This document shows, one piece after another, positions 36,998 to 46,510 of a stretch of 64,000 bases of DNA. The stretch is from Syntrophorhabdaceae bacterium. Its GTDB lineage: Bacteria; Desulfobacterota; Syntrophorhabdia; Syntrophorhabdales; Syntrophorhabdaceae. Positions within the stretch are counted from its first letter, which is position 1, and every line of letters begins with the position of its first letter. The stretch is from the NCBI GenBank assembly GCA_963665295.1, contig OY762209.1:5065536-5129535 (forward strand), read 5' to 3'. The notes under the pieces are model-generated. The model was not told the DNA's origin. It did not search any database and was given only the letters and a program-made list of their open reading frames with translations. A program made the position numbers and the translations under genes.

Positions 36998-37462
36998 ATG
37001 CAGAACTCCACCGATAATGAAGAGTTGTTTTCCGTCATCAACGAGATGTTCAACGAGATCCCCTTCAACAGAGTGCTGGGCCTTAGAGTCGAATCACTGG
37101 GTCATGACCGGGTCGAGGCTTCATTCGAGATGCGGGATGACCTGCTCGGACACTATTCCCGTCGCATGCTCCATGGAGGCGTCATTTCGGCTGTTATCGA
37201 CGTTACGGGTGGCCTCGCGGCATTCATGGGTGTTGAAGAAAGGATGAGCGGTGAGAGCCTGGAAGCCAAACTCAAAAAGTTCGGTAAGGTAAGCACCCTT
37301 GATCTGCGCGTCGATTTCCTGCGCCCCGGTCTCGGCAACCGGTTTGTCGTAAGGGCCCACACCTTGAAGACGGGGAGCAAGGTTGCGGTTACAAGAATCG
37401 AGTTGAGAAACGATGAGGATGATCTCATTGCCGCGGGCACGGGATCATATATAGTGGCATAA
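36998..37462 (+). CDS. PaaI/YigI-type hotdog-fold thioesterase
   Basis: GGAGAA SD before ATG 36998. ...FNRVLGLRV......V.A.F......L.......LHGGVISAVIDVTGG...T.DLRVDFLRP is a typical PaaI-family pattern. Confidence 0.8.
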   Translation: MQNSTDNEELFSVINEMFNEIPFNRVLGLRVESLGHDRVEASFEMRDDLLGHYSRRMLHGGVISAVIDVTGGLAAFMGVEERMSGESLEAKLKKFGKVSTLDLRVDFLRPGLGNRFVVRAHTLKTGSKVAVTRIELRNDEDDLIAAGTGSYIVA

Positions 37463-37474
37463 AGGAGGCACACC

Positions 37475-37924
37475 ATGTTCGTCCCACCGAAGGTTATTCT
37501 CGTTCCCACGGATTTTTCCGGTTTTTCAGACAATGCGCTGCAGTACGCTTTGGATATCGCGGTCCAGCACGGGGCAACGGTTTATGTACTCAATGTGCGC
37601 GAAAGAAAGGTATATTCGGACCACACCGTTACCATGGAGCTTATAGAAAGTATGGAAAAACGAAGGATCGAGTCTGCACAGCATGAACTTCTCGAAGAAC
37701 TGAACAAGTTTCCCCTGAGCAAGAACGTGCCTGTTTTGCCCATAGTGCGGATCGGTCTCGACTATGAGGAAATACTCAACCTGGAGGACGAACTCGGGGT
37801 GAACCTGATCGTGATCGGGTCACACGGAAGGACAGGGGCAATGGCCCTTCTTATGGGAAGCGTGGCGGAAAAAGTGGCAAGAAACGCAAAGTGCCCCGTA
37901 TTGGTGGTGAGGACAGCGGGCTGA
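37475..37924 (+). CDS. universal stress protein (UspA family)
   Basis: KVILVPTDFS..S..AL.YA ... LIVIGSHGRTG...LLMGSVAEKV.R.A.CPVLVV. Confidence 0.87.
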   Translation: MFVPPKVILVPTDFSGFSDNALQYALDIAVQHGATVYVLNVRERKVYSDHTVTMELIESMEKRRIESAQHELLEELNKFPLSKNVPVLPIVRIGLDYEEILNLEDELGVNLIVIGSHGRTGAMALLMGSVAEKVARNAKCPVLVVRTAG

Positions 37925-38025
37925 CGCTTTCCGGCTCCCGGGTTGGAAATGCAATGACACAGGCAATCGAATCCGTTGTCGGAATCACCGGTATCGGTTG
38001 CCGCAAAGATTGAGAGGGACAAGGA

Positions 38026-39825
38026 ATGAAGAACATTTTGCGGATTCTCGGAGTATTGCTCATTGGCGCGGTCTGTCTTTTTGCAACGGATTGCCTTGCC
38101 CAAGGTAAACCTCCATTGAAGGTTGCCCTCATATTCGACATAGGCGGGAGAGGGGACGGCGGGTTCAATGATTCCGCATACCATGGTCTTCAAAAAGCGG
38201 CCCGCGACTTCAACATAAAGACGGACCTTGTCGAACCCCGGAGAAGTCTGGACAGGGAACAGGCCTTAAACGCCCTTGCGGTTTCCGATGCGGACATGGT
38301 TATTGGAGTGGGGTTCGCCTTTACTGAAAACATGAATGCCCTTGCCGCCCGGTATCCCCAAAAGAAGTTCGTATGTGTCGATTACGGCGTCAAGCACGAC
38401 CACAAAGGGGCCGTCATACCCCCTGCGGCAAACCTGGCAGGCCTGCTTTTCAAGGAAGAGGAAGGCTCTTACCTGGTAGGAGTCATGGCAGCCTTAAGGA
38501 GCGGGACAGGCAAGATCGGATTTATGGGCGGCATGGATTGCCCCATCATTCGTAAATTCGAAGCCGGCTACATGGCGGGCGCCAAGGCGGCGAGGCCCGA
38601 TATCATCGTGCTGTCACGGTTTGCGGGGATTACGGGAAAGTCGTTCAACGACCCTGAAAAAGGAGAAGCCATGGCAACCGCCATGTACCGGGATGGGGCG
38701 GACGTTATCTTTCACGCCGCCGGACCTACTGGGGAGGGTCTCTTCAAGGCCGCAAAGAAGTTCAACAGGTTCGCCATAGGCGTTGACAGCGACCAGTACA
38801 TGCAGGCGCCCGGTCTAGTCCTCACGAGCATGACCAAGAATGTGGACGTGGCGGTTTTTGAAAGCATCAAGTCCCTGGCGGACGGAAACTTCTCCGGGGG
38901 CCTCAAGGTTTTCGGCCTGAAAGAGAACGGCGTGGGATTTGTCTATGACGATCACAACAAGGGCCTCATCCCCCCGGACGCGTACAAAAAGGTCCTCGAG
39001 GCGCGGGAAAGGATTATAAAAGGAGAAACCGTCGTCCCCACCTCTACCCAAAACAAGCGGTTATTTGCAAGATCGGACCTGCGCGAACTCCTTTCCCGGT
39101 TGCAGAGCGAGACCCTTGCCGTACTGGCCGGACTGGAGGGGGATCTCACACGAAGCGCCCGGGCCCTCTCGGGAAAGACGCTCAAGGGCAACCACGCCCG
39201 GAAGGTGCTCAAGAAACTCTACGCCTCGAACCCTTATATCATCGATTGTGAAACAGTGAGCAACAAAGGGATCATGCTCGTGGTGGAGCCGTCCCGGTTC
39301 AGTTCATCCGAAGGAGCCGATATAAGCAAGCAGGCACACATGGTGACCCTTTTCCGGACAAAGAAACCCGTGTTAAGCGGGGCCTTCCGTTCCGTTGAGG
39401 GCCCGGAGGCGGTGGCGTTCCATTATCCTGTCTTCTCTTCCCCGGGCAAGACATTTTCAGGGTCCGTGTCAACCCTTTTCGCTCCCGAATACCTTTTGTC
39501 CCGCATAATAGGCCCCGTCGCATCTCTCCAGCCCGTGGATATATCGCTCATGCAGACGGACGGCAGGATGATCTACGACATAGACACAAAACAGATAGGC
39601 TTGAATGCCTTCACCGACCCCCTGTATCAGCCGTTCCCCGAGGTCCTTGCCCTCGTCAAGAAGGTAGCCGCGGAAAAGGAAGGCACCGCCACCTACCGTT
39701 TCTACCGTCAGGGATCACAGACACCCGTAGTAAAAGAAGCCCACTGGAAGACCATAGCCTTCCACGGTGCCGAGTGGAGGCTCATAGTAGCCTGTTCAAA
39801 GGATGACATGGAACCGGACAAATAG
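38026..39825 (+). CDS. BMP-family (Med/PnrA-like) periplasmic binding lipoprotein fused to a C-terminal Cache-like sensor domain
   Basis: Signal/lipobox-like LLIGAVCLFATDC. BMP pattern KVALIFDIGGRGDGGFNDSAYHGL...VGFAF....., FIGGMD.P.I..F..G. The C-terminal ~250 aa (YASNPYIIDCETVSNKGIMLV...ISLMQTDGRMIYD....GLN) look like a PDC/Cache fold. No output domain is present. Confidence 0.75.
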   Translation: MKNILRILGVLLIGAVCLFATDCLAQGKPPLKVALIFDIGGRGDGGFNDSAYHGLQKAARDFNIKTDLVEPRRSLDREQALNALAVSDADMVIGVGFAFTENMNALAARYPQKKFVCVDYGVKHDHKGAVIPPAANLAGLLFKEEEGSYLVGVMAALRSGTGKIGFMGGMDCPIIRKFEAGYMAGAKAARPDIIVLSRFAGITGKSFNDPEKGEAMATAMYRDGADVIFHAAGPTGEGLFKAAKKFNRFAIGVDSDQYMQAPGLVLTSMTKNVDVAVFESIKSLADGNFSGGLKVFGLKENGVGFVYDDHNKGLIPPDAYKKVLEARERIIKGETVVPTSTQNKRLFARSDLRELLSRLQSETLAVLAGLEGDLTRSARALSGKTLKGNHARKVLKKLYASNPYIIDCETVSNKGIMLVVEPSRFSSSEGADISKQAHMVTLFRTKKPVLSGAFRSVEGPEAVAFHYPVFSSPGKTFSGSVSTLFAPEYLLSRIIGPVASLQPVDISLMQTDGRMIYDIDTKQIGLNAFTDPLYQPFPEVLALVKKVAAEKEGTATYRFYRQGSQTPVVKEAHWKTIAFHGAEWRLIVACSKDDMEPDK

Positions 39826-40037
39826 GATAGGGGCCGGGGGGAGACAGGCGTCTCAAGGGCTTGTGGATGTCCCCGGCGCTACCCCCGTCAGGGGCCGACG
39901 GAGGGTTCTCCCCGGTTGCGTCTCCCGTTATTTTGCGTATTATCTGAGGAACAAGCCCTTCGCTGAAACCGGCCACAAAGGACCGGAACATCAGCTTGGC
40001 GAACTCGCAACCGGATTGGGGGGGCCGAGCGCCGTAA

Positions 40038-40232
40038 TCACTTTTCAACCGTTTGCGAAATCAGTACCTTCTCAAGATCCTTTATGGGTAGGGTGAACAC
40101 GTTCCTGCCGAAGGGATACGCCTCTTCCCCTGGATAGAAGGCAAGGCCCGCCCTGCAACCAAGGCCCTCGAAGGCGTTCCGGAGCCCCTTCGTTATCGAC
40201 GGACTCAAGGAATACTTCACCTCGACCGCGAC
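40038..40232 (-). pseudogene. C-terminal fragment of an AAA-ATPase with DUF4143 domain
   Basis: VAVEVKYSLSPSITKGLRNAFEGLGCRAGLAFYPGEEAYPFGRNVFTLPIKDL matches the characteristic C-terminal end of DUF4143 ATPases (AIEVK.S.....KGL..F....... .Y.G.E......I.V.P). The upstream ~350 aa are missing. Confidence 0.45.
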
Positions 40233-40330
40233 AGAGTGCGAACAAGGCCGGAGTCCCGGACAAGGAGGTAGTGATGTAGTTTAAGATGTCCCTGATGGCT
40301 CTCCTGATCGTAAACAGATTCAGTCATCGA

Positions 40331-42379
40331 TCATTCGAGGGTGCCCTTCCCCGTCCCGGGTTTCAGGAAGACCGCAGTAACCGCACGGGCTTTATCCATG
40401 GTAACTATACAAGGCTCCGTGCCCGGACAATTCAGGGAAGCAGGTTTCCATCCCGTGAAAAGGGAATCATTGTTTGCGGTTGCCGTGAGGGTTACCGCGT
40501 CATGGAAGGGATAGTATGCGGAGCAGGTGGAGCCGCAGGTGATACCGGAAGGCACGCTTGTCACGACGCCATTGCCCTTTCCCATCTTGCGCTTTGAAAC
40601 GGTCAGCTTCTGAGTTCCCGCAAACGTGGCGACCACTGTTTTTGCCTTATCCATGGTGACCGAACAGGCTCCGGTCCCCGAACAGGCTCCGGTCCATCCC
40701 GTGAAGGTGGAGTTCGCTTCCGGGGAAGCAGAAAGGACCACCGCGTCATGGAAGGGATAGTATGCGGAGCAGGTGGAGCCGCAGGTGATACCGGAAGGCA
40801 CGCTTGTCACGACGCCATTACCACCCTTTCCCGTCTTGCGCTTTGAAACGGTCAGCTTCTGAGGTCCCGCAAACGTGGCGACCACTGTCTTTGCCTTATC
40901 CATGGTGACCGAACAGGCTCCGGTCCCCGAACAGGCTCCGGTCCATCCCGTGAAGGTGGAGTTCGCTTCCGGGGAAGCAGAAAGGACCACAAGAGTGTTC
41001 GGATAGTAGCGAGTTCTGCAATGGGTGCCGCAATCGATCATGCCGTCCGTGCTCGTAATGGCTCCATTCCCTGAATTCATCCTTCTCCTGATTGCTGCAA
41101 GCTCAACCTTCTTCGTCTCTGCCGGCTCAAACACAGCGGTCACATTCATATCGCTGCTCATGACTACGGTGCATGTGGGTGATGCCCCGATACACGCTCC
41201 TGTCCAGTAAGCAAAGACAGACCCGGAAGCGGCTGCTGCAGTGAGCGTTACAGTGGTGTCGGGGATAAAACGGGCGGCACAGGTTACGCCACAATCAATT
41301 TCGGCAGAAGAAGAACCAATGCTGCCGGAGCCGTTGCCGCATCTCGTGACAGCGAGGATGGGGATGGCCGGCGACAGGAAGGCATAGGGCCCGCCGGATG
41401 TAGTATAGAAATACCCCACCACATCTCCTGCGTTATTTATGGCGGTGGCATAGGCCGTTGTTCCTCCCGGCGGAGTTCCGAGGTCCATCATGGCCCCATT
41501 GCTGTAAAGAAAAGCGCGGATATCGCTATCGTCATTATAAGAAATTCCCACCACCTGCCCTGCGTCGTTGATGCCATAGGCATAACTATTGGTTCCTCCC
41601 GGCAGGGTTCCGAGGTCCGTCATGGTCCCATCACTGTAAAGAAAAGCACGGACCAGATGATCCGCAGTATTGGCATAACCCACCACCTGTCCTGCGTTAT
41701 TGATACCAAAGGCGTGACTATAGGTTCCTCCCGGCAGGGTTCCGAGGTCCGTCATGGTCCCATCACTGTAAAGAAAAGCATGGTTGCTGCCGGAGGCAGC
41801 CCCTACTACCTGTCCGGCGTCGTTGATGCCATAGGCATCAACAGAGTACCCGAGTTTGATCAGCCGACGACTATTAACATTAAAAAGAAAAGACCAGGAG
41901 GTAACAATGCTCATTGGTCCTATTTCGTTGTAATACCCCACCGCGTCTCCGGCATTATTGACGCCACGGGCAATGGTGTATGATAGCCTTTTTGGCGGAT
42001 ATCCGAAATGGATCACCGTTCCATTGGTGTAATAAAAGTTGCCCAAAGAGGACAACCCTACCACATCCCCCGCGTCGTTAATACCGGTTCCGTGGCTATA
42101 CTCCTCTCCTATCAGGACTCCGATATCCGTCATGGTCCCATCGCTAAAAAGAAAGGCGTGATACTGACCGGATGAAGTAACGGCTGTTCCCACTACCTGT
42201 CCGGCGTTGTTGATGTCCTTGGCCTGGCTCCAGGCTCCTCCCAAGGTTCCGAGGTTGATCATGTTTTCGGCTGCAAATGATCCGGGGGGATAGGACAAGA
42301 AAACCAGAAGGGTGTACAAAAATAGAGTTCCCGGAATACCCACCACAGATTTCGTTCGTCGCTGAGAACTTTTCTCCAT
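40331..42379 (-). CDS. secreted HAF-family repeat protein with four C-terminal B-repeat modules
   Basis: ATG 42379 has a GAAGGGGGG SD, followed by a signal segment (LFLYTLLVFLSYPPGSFA). There are ~8 repeats of GINDAGQVVG....HAFLYSDGTMTDLGTLPGG..S.A (HAF extracellular repeat, TIGR02913 as recalled), then Cys-containing B-repeats. Confidence 0.85.
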   Translation of the reverse strand: MEKSSQRRTKSVVGIPGTLFLYTLLVFLSYPPGSFAAENMINLGTLGGAWSQAKDINNAGQVVGTAVTSSGQYHAFLFSDGTMTDIGVLIGEEYSHGTGINDAGDVVGLSSLGNFYYTNGTVIHFGYPPKRLSYTIARGVNNAGDAVGYYNEIGPMSIVTSWSFLFNVNSRRLIKLGYSVDAYGINDAGQVVGAASGSNHAFLYSDGTMTDLGTLPGGTYSHAFGINNAGQVVGYANTADHLVRAFLYSDGTMTDLGTLPGGTNSYAYGINDAGQVVGISYNDDSDIRAFLYSNGAMMDLGTPPGGTTAYATAINNAGDVVGYFYTTSGGPYAFLSPAIPILAVTRCGNGSGSIGSSSAEIDCGVTCAARFIPDTTVTLTAAAASGSVFAYWTGACIGASPTCTVVMSSDMNVTAVFEPAETKKVELAAIRRRMNSGNGAITSTDGMIDCGTHCRTRYYPNTLVVLSASPEANSTFTGWTGACSGTGACSVTMDKAKTVVATFAGPQKLTVSKRKTGKGGNGVVTSVPSGITCGSTCSAYYPFHDAVVLSASPEANSTFTGWTGACSGTGACSVTMDKAKTVVATFAGTQKLTVSKRKMGKGNGVVTSVPSGITCGSTCSAYYPFHDAVTLTATANNDSLFTGWKPASLNCPGTEPCIVTMDKARAVTAVFLKPGTGKGTLE
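40494..40988 (-). repeat. near-identical tandem duplication (246 + 249 bp) inside the HAF-repeat gene
   Basis: 40494-40739 and 40740-40988 differ only by a 3-nt indel and a handful of substitutions (~98% identity). Each unit encodes one B-repeat module (SASPEANSTFTGWTGACSGTGACSVTMDKAKTVVATFAG.QKLTVSKRK.GKG). Confidence 0.9.
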
Positions 42380-42542
42380 GACGATCCCCCCTTCCGCCCA
42401 CACACCGGTGAACCGGTTATGGGCCCCTTCATTCAACCTGTGCTACTCTATGCAGGTATTGTCAATACCATAAATCCGCCTCTGCCGACCAAAAATCAAA
42501 ACTGCATAATTCAAAGATGACTGAAGAATTAAAAGGAGCAGT

Positions 42543-42559
42543 AAAGGGACCGGCCCTTT
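42543..42559 (-). terminator. small hairpin downstream of the propeller-protein gene
   Basis: AAAGGG-ACCGG-CCCTTT, 10 nt beyond the stop at 42569. The sequence downstream on the minus strand is T-rich. Confidence 0.35.
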
Positions 42560-42568
42560 TACGCCCGT

Positions 42569-45500
42569 TTATTCTTCGTCGCCCCCACCTTCTTCCCTTG
42601 CAGCGGCCCCGTCGTTACCCGCAAGACCCACAGTGACTACGGGGGCATCGGGATCATTGGAAGGTATGCTGAGGGTCGCCGTTGCAGGAGAGGTTGAGAC
42701 AGGAGCGAACATCACCGATACGTGACACGTCTGGTTGGCGGAGAGGCTTTTCCCGAAGCACGTGTTTCTCGTAATATGGAATGAAATATCATCGCTCAGG
42801 GAGGCCGTACCCACGGTCAAAGCTTCCTTCCCTTCATTCTTGATCGTGAAGGAGGCAGTCTTGTGTGCCGGAGGCTTTACCATTCCGTAGTTCTTGTTTA
42901 AGGGACTCACGACAATGTCGGCTTCATCCTTGAACATCGCAGTCGCATTGATTGCGCCGTTCATAGTCACCCTGCAGGTATGTACCCCCGAACAATCCCC
43001 CGACCATCCCTTGAAGATCGAACCTTTGGCTGCTCTCGCGGTAAGGGTGACCTTTGTGGCCTCCCGGAAGTCGTATGCGCAGGTGTCCCCGCAATCGATC
43101 CCCTGAGGGGAGCTGGTTATGACGCCTGTGCCGGAACCTGCCTGGGAAACGGCCAAGGTGTAGATCGGAGCGAAAGTCACCACTACCGTATGTTCTTTGG
43201 TCACATTGGTAATCACATAGGGGTTCGCGATAGCCACCGACCTTCCGTTGTCGGTAATTTTCGTTATCCGGCAACCCGCGTCGGGAGTCATTGCAATAGA
43301 TGCGCTATCCCCCTGTCTCACCTCCAGAGTGGCAGGGCTCACCGATCCGTGGCCGCTCAGGACCCAGGCACCGACTGTGTACGCTTTTGCCTCAAAATTG
43401 GCGGTCACGGAGGTATACTCGGTCATAGTAAGGGAGCATGTGGTCTTTGTCCCCGAACAGCCTCCCGACCATCCCGTAAACGTCGCATCCCTGGCAGGTT
43501 TTGCGGTAAGAGTGACCTTCTTGCCGTCGGTAAACCCGTAGGTACAGGTATCCCCGCAATTGATCCCTCGGGGATTGCTCGTAACCGTACCCGTGCCGGA
43601 GCCGGTCTTCACGACCTCAAGGGTTGCGATGGTGGAAAAAGTGACGGTCACATTGTGATCAGCGGTAACGTTGGACAGCAGGTAAGGGTTGGCAACGGCC
43701 ACCGGCTGTCCGTTATCGATGATGCCGGCGATATTATAGCCGCTGTCGGGGGTGATGGTGATAGAGGCCGAGGCCCCATAGTTTACCTTCTGCGTCGCAG
43801 GGCTTACAGATCCATGGCTGCCGGAGACAACGGCGTTTACCGTGAAGGCATTGAGGGTGAATGTGGCCGTCACGGATTTGTTGGCCGTCATGGTAACGGT
43901 GCACACAGCGCCCGAGGATGAATCGCATCCGCTCCAGCTTGTGAAGGCGGAGCCTGTGCCGGGTATGGCGGTGATGTTTACCACGGAACCCGTACTATAG
44001 GCTCCCGTACAGGTGGAACCGTTGCAGGTAAGGCCCGTTGCACTGAACGTGCCCGTACCGCTGCCTGTCTTCGAGACGGTGAGTACGTTCAAATCGGTTT
44101 GGAAGGTTACCACCACGGTGTGATCGGAAGTGACGTTGCTTATTACGTAAGGATTAGGGATCGCGGCTTTTCCGGATGCCCTCATTTTCGCAGCCGCCAC
44201 ACGGCCCTTCACGGTGGAGCGTTGATTGGCGGAACCCGTGACCGGCTGACCGTTATCGGTAATGGCGGCGACATAATAGTTCGTCTCGGGGGTCATGGTA
44301 ATGGAAGCCGAGGCCCCATGGGAGACCTTCTGGGTTTCAGGAGAGACTGTCCCGTGCCCCTCCGGCGCGGAGGCGCCGACAGTATGAATGGCTGCCGCGA
44401 AGGTCGCGGTAACGGTGATGTCTCCGGTCATGGTTACCGTGCAGGTTCCTGTCCCCGAGCATCCCCCTCCCGACCATCCGGTGAAGGCGGAACCCGTATC
44501 AGGGACGGCTTGAAGCGTGACCTCAGTGTCTTTGACGAATGGCGCAGAGCAGGCATGGCCGAAAGGACCGCATGAGATGCCGGCGGGCGAAGAGCCGACC
44601 GCGCCTACACCGGCGCCCGCCCTTTCTACCGTGAGGATAGGGTTACCCAACGAATCCGACTGTGCGATACCAAAACTACCTACCCCCACAAAGGTATCGT
44701 TGCCGTAGATTATGCCTTTTAAAGGGGCAGACAAGCCGGCGGAATGATCAGTCCACGTAATGCCATCGGGAGATCCAAGGAGAACCGGGGTAGTCGAATC
44801 ACAACTCCCCACTGCCGCAAAGGTCCCGCCGCCATAGGCGATACCGTTCAGTCCACATTTTGTTCCCGATGATTGTTCAGCCCACGTGACGCCGTTCGAA
44901 GAGGTAAGGACAACTCCACCCGCCCCCACCGCCACGAAGGTGTTGTTGCCGTAGGCGACCCCATTAAGGCCGGTACCGCTTCCCACACTCCCTACGGACC
45001 ACTCGACGCCATCGGGCGACGTAGCAAATACCCCCGTATACGTACCCGAATTGACTCTCTGCCCCACTGCCACGAAGGTGTTGTTGCCGTAACTTATGGC
45101 CTTCAGAGAATCCGTTGTTCCCGATGATTGTTCAGTCCACGTAACGCCGTTCGGAGAGGTAAGGACAGCTCCACCCGCCCCTACCGCCACGAAGGTGTCA
45201 TAGCCGTAACAGATACCCCATAGATCATGCGTCGTCCCTGATGATTGCTTAGTCCATGTATTTCCGTCCGGAGAAAGGCAAACGTTGGCGGAGCCGCCTG
45301 CGACCGGGCTTCCCACGGCTGCGAAGGTATTATTGCCGTAAGCCACGCTCCTGAGCGAGGAAGTTACACCAAAAACCGGCGGTCCCGCGTTAAACACCTC
45401 CGCCCATGTGGTGCCCCCGGAAGAGCTGAAAATGGTCCAAACCGGCCAACTTCCCGCGCCTCCCACAGCTGCAAAGGTACCGTTGTCATAGGCAACGCCC

Positions 45501-45835
45501 GCAAATTGATAATACATGGAAACACTTACATATCTTGTGTGCCAGTTGTCAAGGGGGTTATACGCCGTACTGGAGGAGGTAACCGCCCGGCCTTCAGCGC
45601 CGGGACAGGCAACTTTGTTACCCGCACTGCCATAGCACCCTGTCTGTCCCGTTCGCGCCGGAGCACCGACAGTTTCCGCGTAACCGGGCAAGACCCCACA
45701 GAACAGAATAATCAACGCGAGAACAAATGATCGTTTCGTGATACCCCCCTTCTTTTCAACGAAACGTGGTGAACGCTTCCGAACACTGATGGAATGCAGC
45801 CATTGCGTGATGTCCACCAGGCCGGCCGACGGCAT
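42569..45835 (-). CDS. large secreted protein: Asp-box (BNR-like) beta-propeller repeats, ~8 B-repeat modules, and a C-terminal choice-of-anchor-D-like domain
   Basis: Signal segment FVLALIILFCGVLPGYA. The start is ATG 45835 or 45892; there is no start codon nearer the signal. There are ~6 repeats of NTFVAVG.GG.VLTSPNGVTWTEQSSGTT..L.GI.YG containing S-x-[DN]-G-x-[TE]-W. Cys-containing and Cys-less ~85-aa repeats then alternate. The C-terminus is FTIKNEGKEALTVGTASLSDD..F.....C.G.SL...Q.C.V.V.F.P. Confidence 0.8.
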   Translation of the reverse strand: MPSAGLVDITQWLHSISVRKRSPRFVEKKGGITKRSFVLALIILFCGVLPGYAETVGAPARTGQTGCYGSAGNKVACPGAEGRAVTSSSTAYNPLDNWHTRYVSVSMYYQFAGVAYDNGTFAAVGGAGSWPVWTIFSSSGGTTWAEVFNAGPPVFGVTSSLRSVAYGNNTFAAVGSPVAGGSANVCLSPDGNTWTKQSSGTTHDLWGICYGYDTFVAVGAGGAVLTSPNGVTWTEQSSGTTDSLKAISYGNNTFVAVGQRVNSGTYTGVFATSPDGVEWSVGSVGSGTGLNGVAYGNNTFVAVGAGGVVLTSSNGVTWAEQSSGTKCGLNGIAYGGGTFAAVGSCDSTTPVLLGSPDGITWTDHSAGLSAPLKGIIYGNDTFVGVGSFGIAQSDSLGNPILTVERAGAGVGAVGSSPAGISCGPFGHACSAPFVKDTEVTLQAVPDTGSAFTGWSGGGCSGTGTCTVTMTGDITVTATFAAAIHTVGASAPEGHGTVSPETQKVSHGASASITMTPETNYYVAAITDNGQPVTGSANQRSTVKGRVAAAKMRASGKAAIPNPYVISNVTSDHTVVVTFQTDLNVLTVSKTGSGTGTFSATGLTCNGSTCTGAYSTGSVVNITAIPGTGSAFTSWSGCDSSSGAVCTVTMTANKSVTATFTLNAFTVNAVVSGSHGSVSPATQKVNYGASASITITPDSGYNIAGIIDNGQPVAVANPYLLSNVTADHNVTVTFSTIATLEVVKTGSGTGTVTSNPRGINCGDTCTYGFTDGKKVTLTAKPARDATFTGWSGGCSGTKTTCSLTMTEYTSVTANFEAKAYTVGAWVLSGHGSVSPATLEVRQGDSASIAMTPDAGCRITKITDNGRSVAIANPYVITNVTKEHTVVVTFAPIYTLAVSQAGSGTGVITSSPQGIDCGDTCAYDFREATKVTLTARAAKGSIFKGWSGDCSGVHTCRVTMNGAINATAMFKDEADIVVSPLNKNYGMVKPPAHKTASFTIKNEGKEALTVGTASLSDDISFHITRNTCFGKSLSANQTCHVSVMFAPVSTSPATATLSIPSNDPDAPVVTVGLAGNDGAAAREEGGGDEE

Positions 45836-45978
45836 CCATGAGATGTCGCATGAACCGGTTGAACCTGGATCGCACAAATGATGGACAGGCATCCTTGCAA
45901 CACCCCGTCCGGCACAAATGCCGTGTATACTTGAATATTACTCCACTGAGAAAATAAGTCAAGAAATATCGTGGAAAA

Positions 45979-46011
45979 GGCACTATAGTCCTAGTTTCGG
46001 ACTATAGTGCC
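45979..46011. promoter_or_regulatory. perfect 13-bp inverted repeat, GGCACTATAGTCC-N7-GGACTATAGTGCC
   Basis: Read directly from the sequence. Each arm contains the self-complementary octamer ACTATAGT. It lies ~90-145 bp upstream of the propeller-protein gene start, so it is a candidate operator or a hairpin. Confidence 0.5.
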
Positions 46012-46510
46012 GCTCCCGACGCTCGAATCCGTGATGGTGGCAAGGTTTCCCCACAGTCACGGTATCGCTGTGACACATTGAAGGCCGTCGGCCTCGGCCA
46101 AGAGGGTTCGGCCGCTCCGGAGGCGATTCGGTGGGGCGTAAATGAGGAAACAACGCATACGAAGTCAAACACTTTCTTCCTATGCGTCATCCACAGCCGC
46201 AGAGGTGGTAATGAACTACTGCTTTGCGGATACAACAACCAAAAATTATGCGACTTCTCGATCGAATACCGCCTGAAAGCACGGGCCCCCGTCCCGGGTC
46301 TGTGGGAGACGTGTTGACTGGCGTGACAAAGTTTCCGATTCTGCCTCGTTAAGGGTTCTACAAGTCGATCCTTCTTAATTATGCCGTCCAGATGTCTATT
46401 GTCGCTCTATTTCACGCCCCATTTCCAAGCGGAAGAGTTCTGCAAACACTGTCAGACACCAGAAAGAGGTCATTTTGTCAATTCTGGTGCGCTTGCCCTG
46501 ATTTCAATCT

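Noticed and set aside
46021-46050. A tRNA-like T-loop string (CTCGAATCC), possibly a tRNA gene or an att fragment.
   Set aside because: No complementary T-stem, acceptor stem or anticodon arm can be drawn on either strand.
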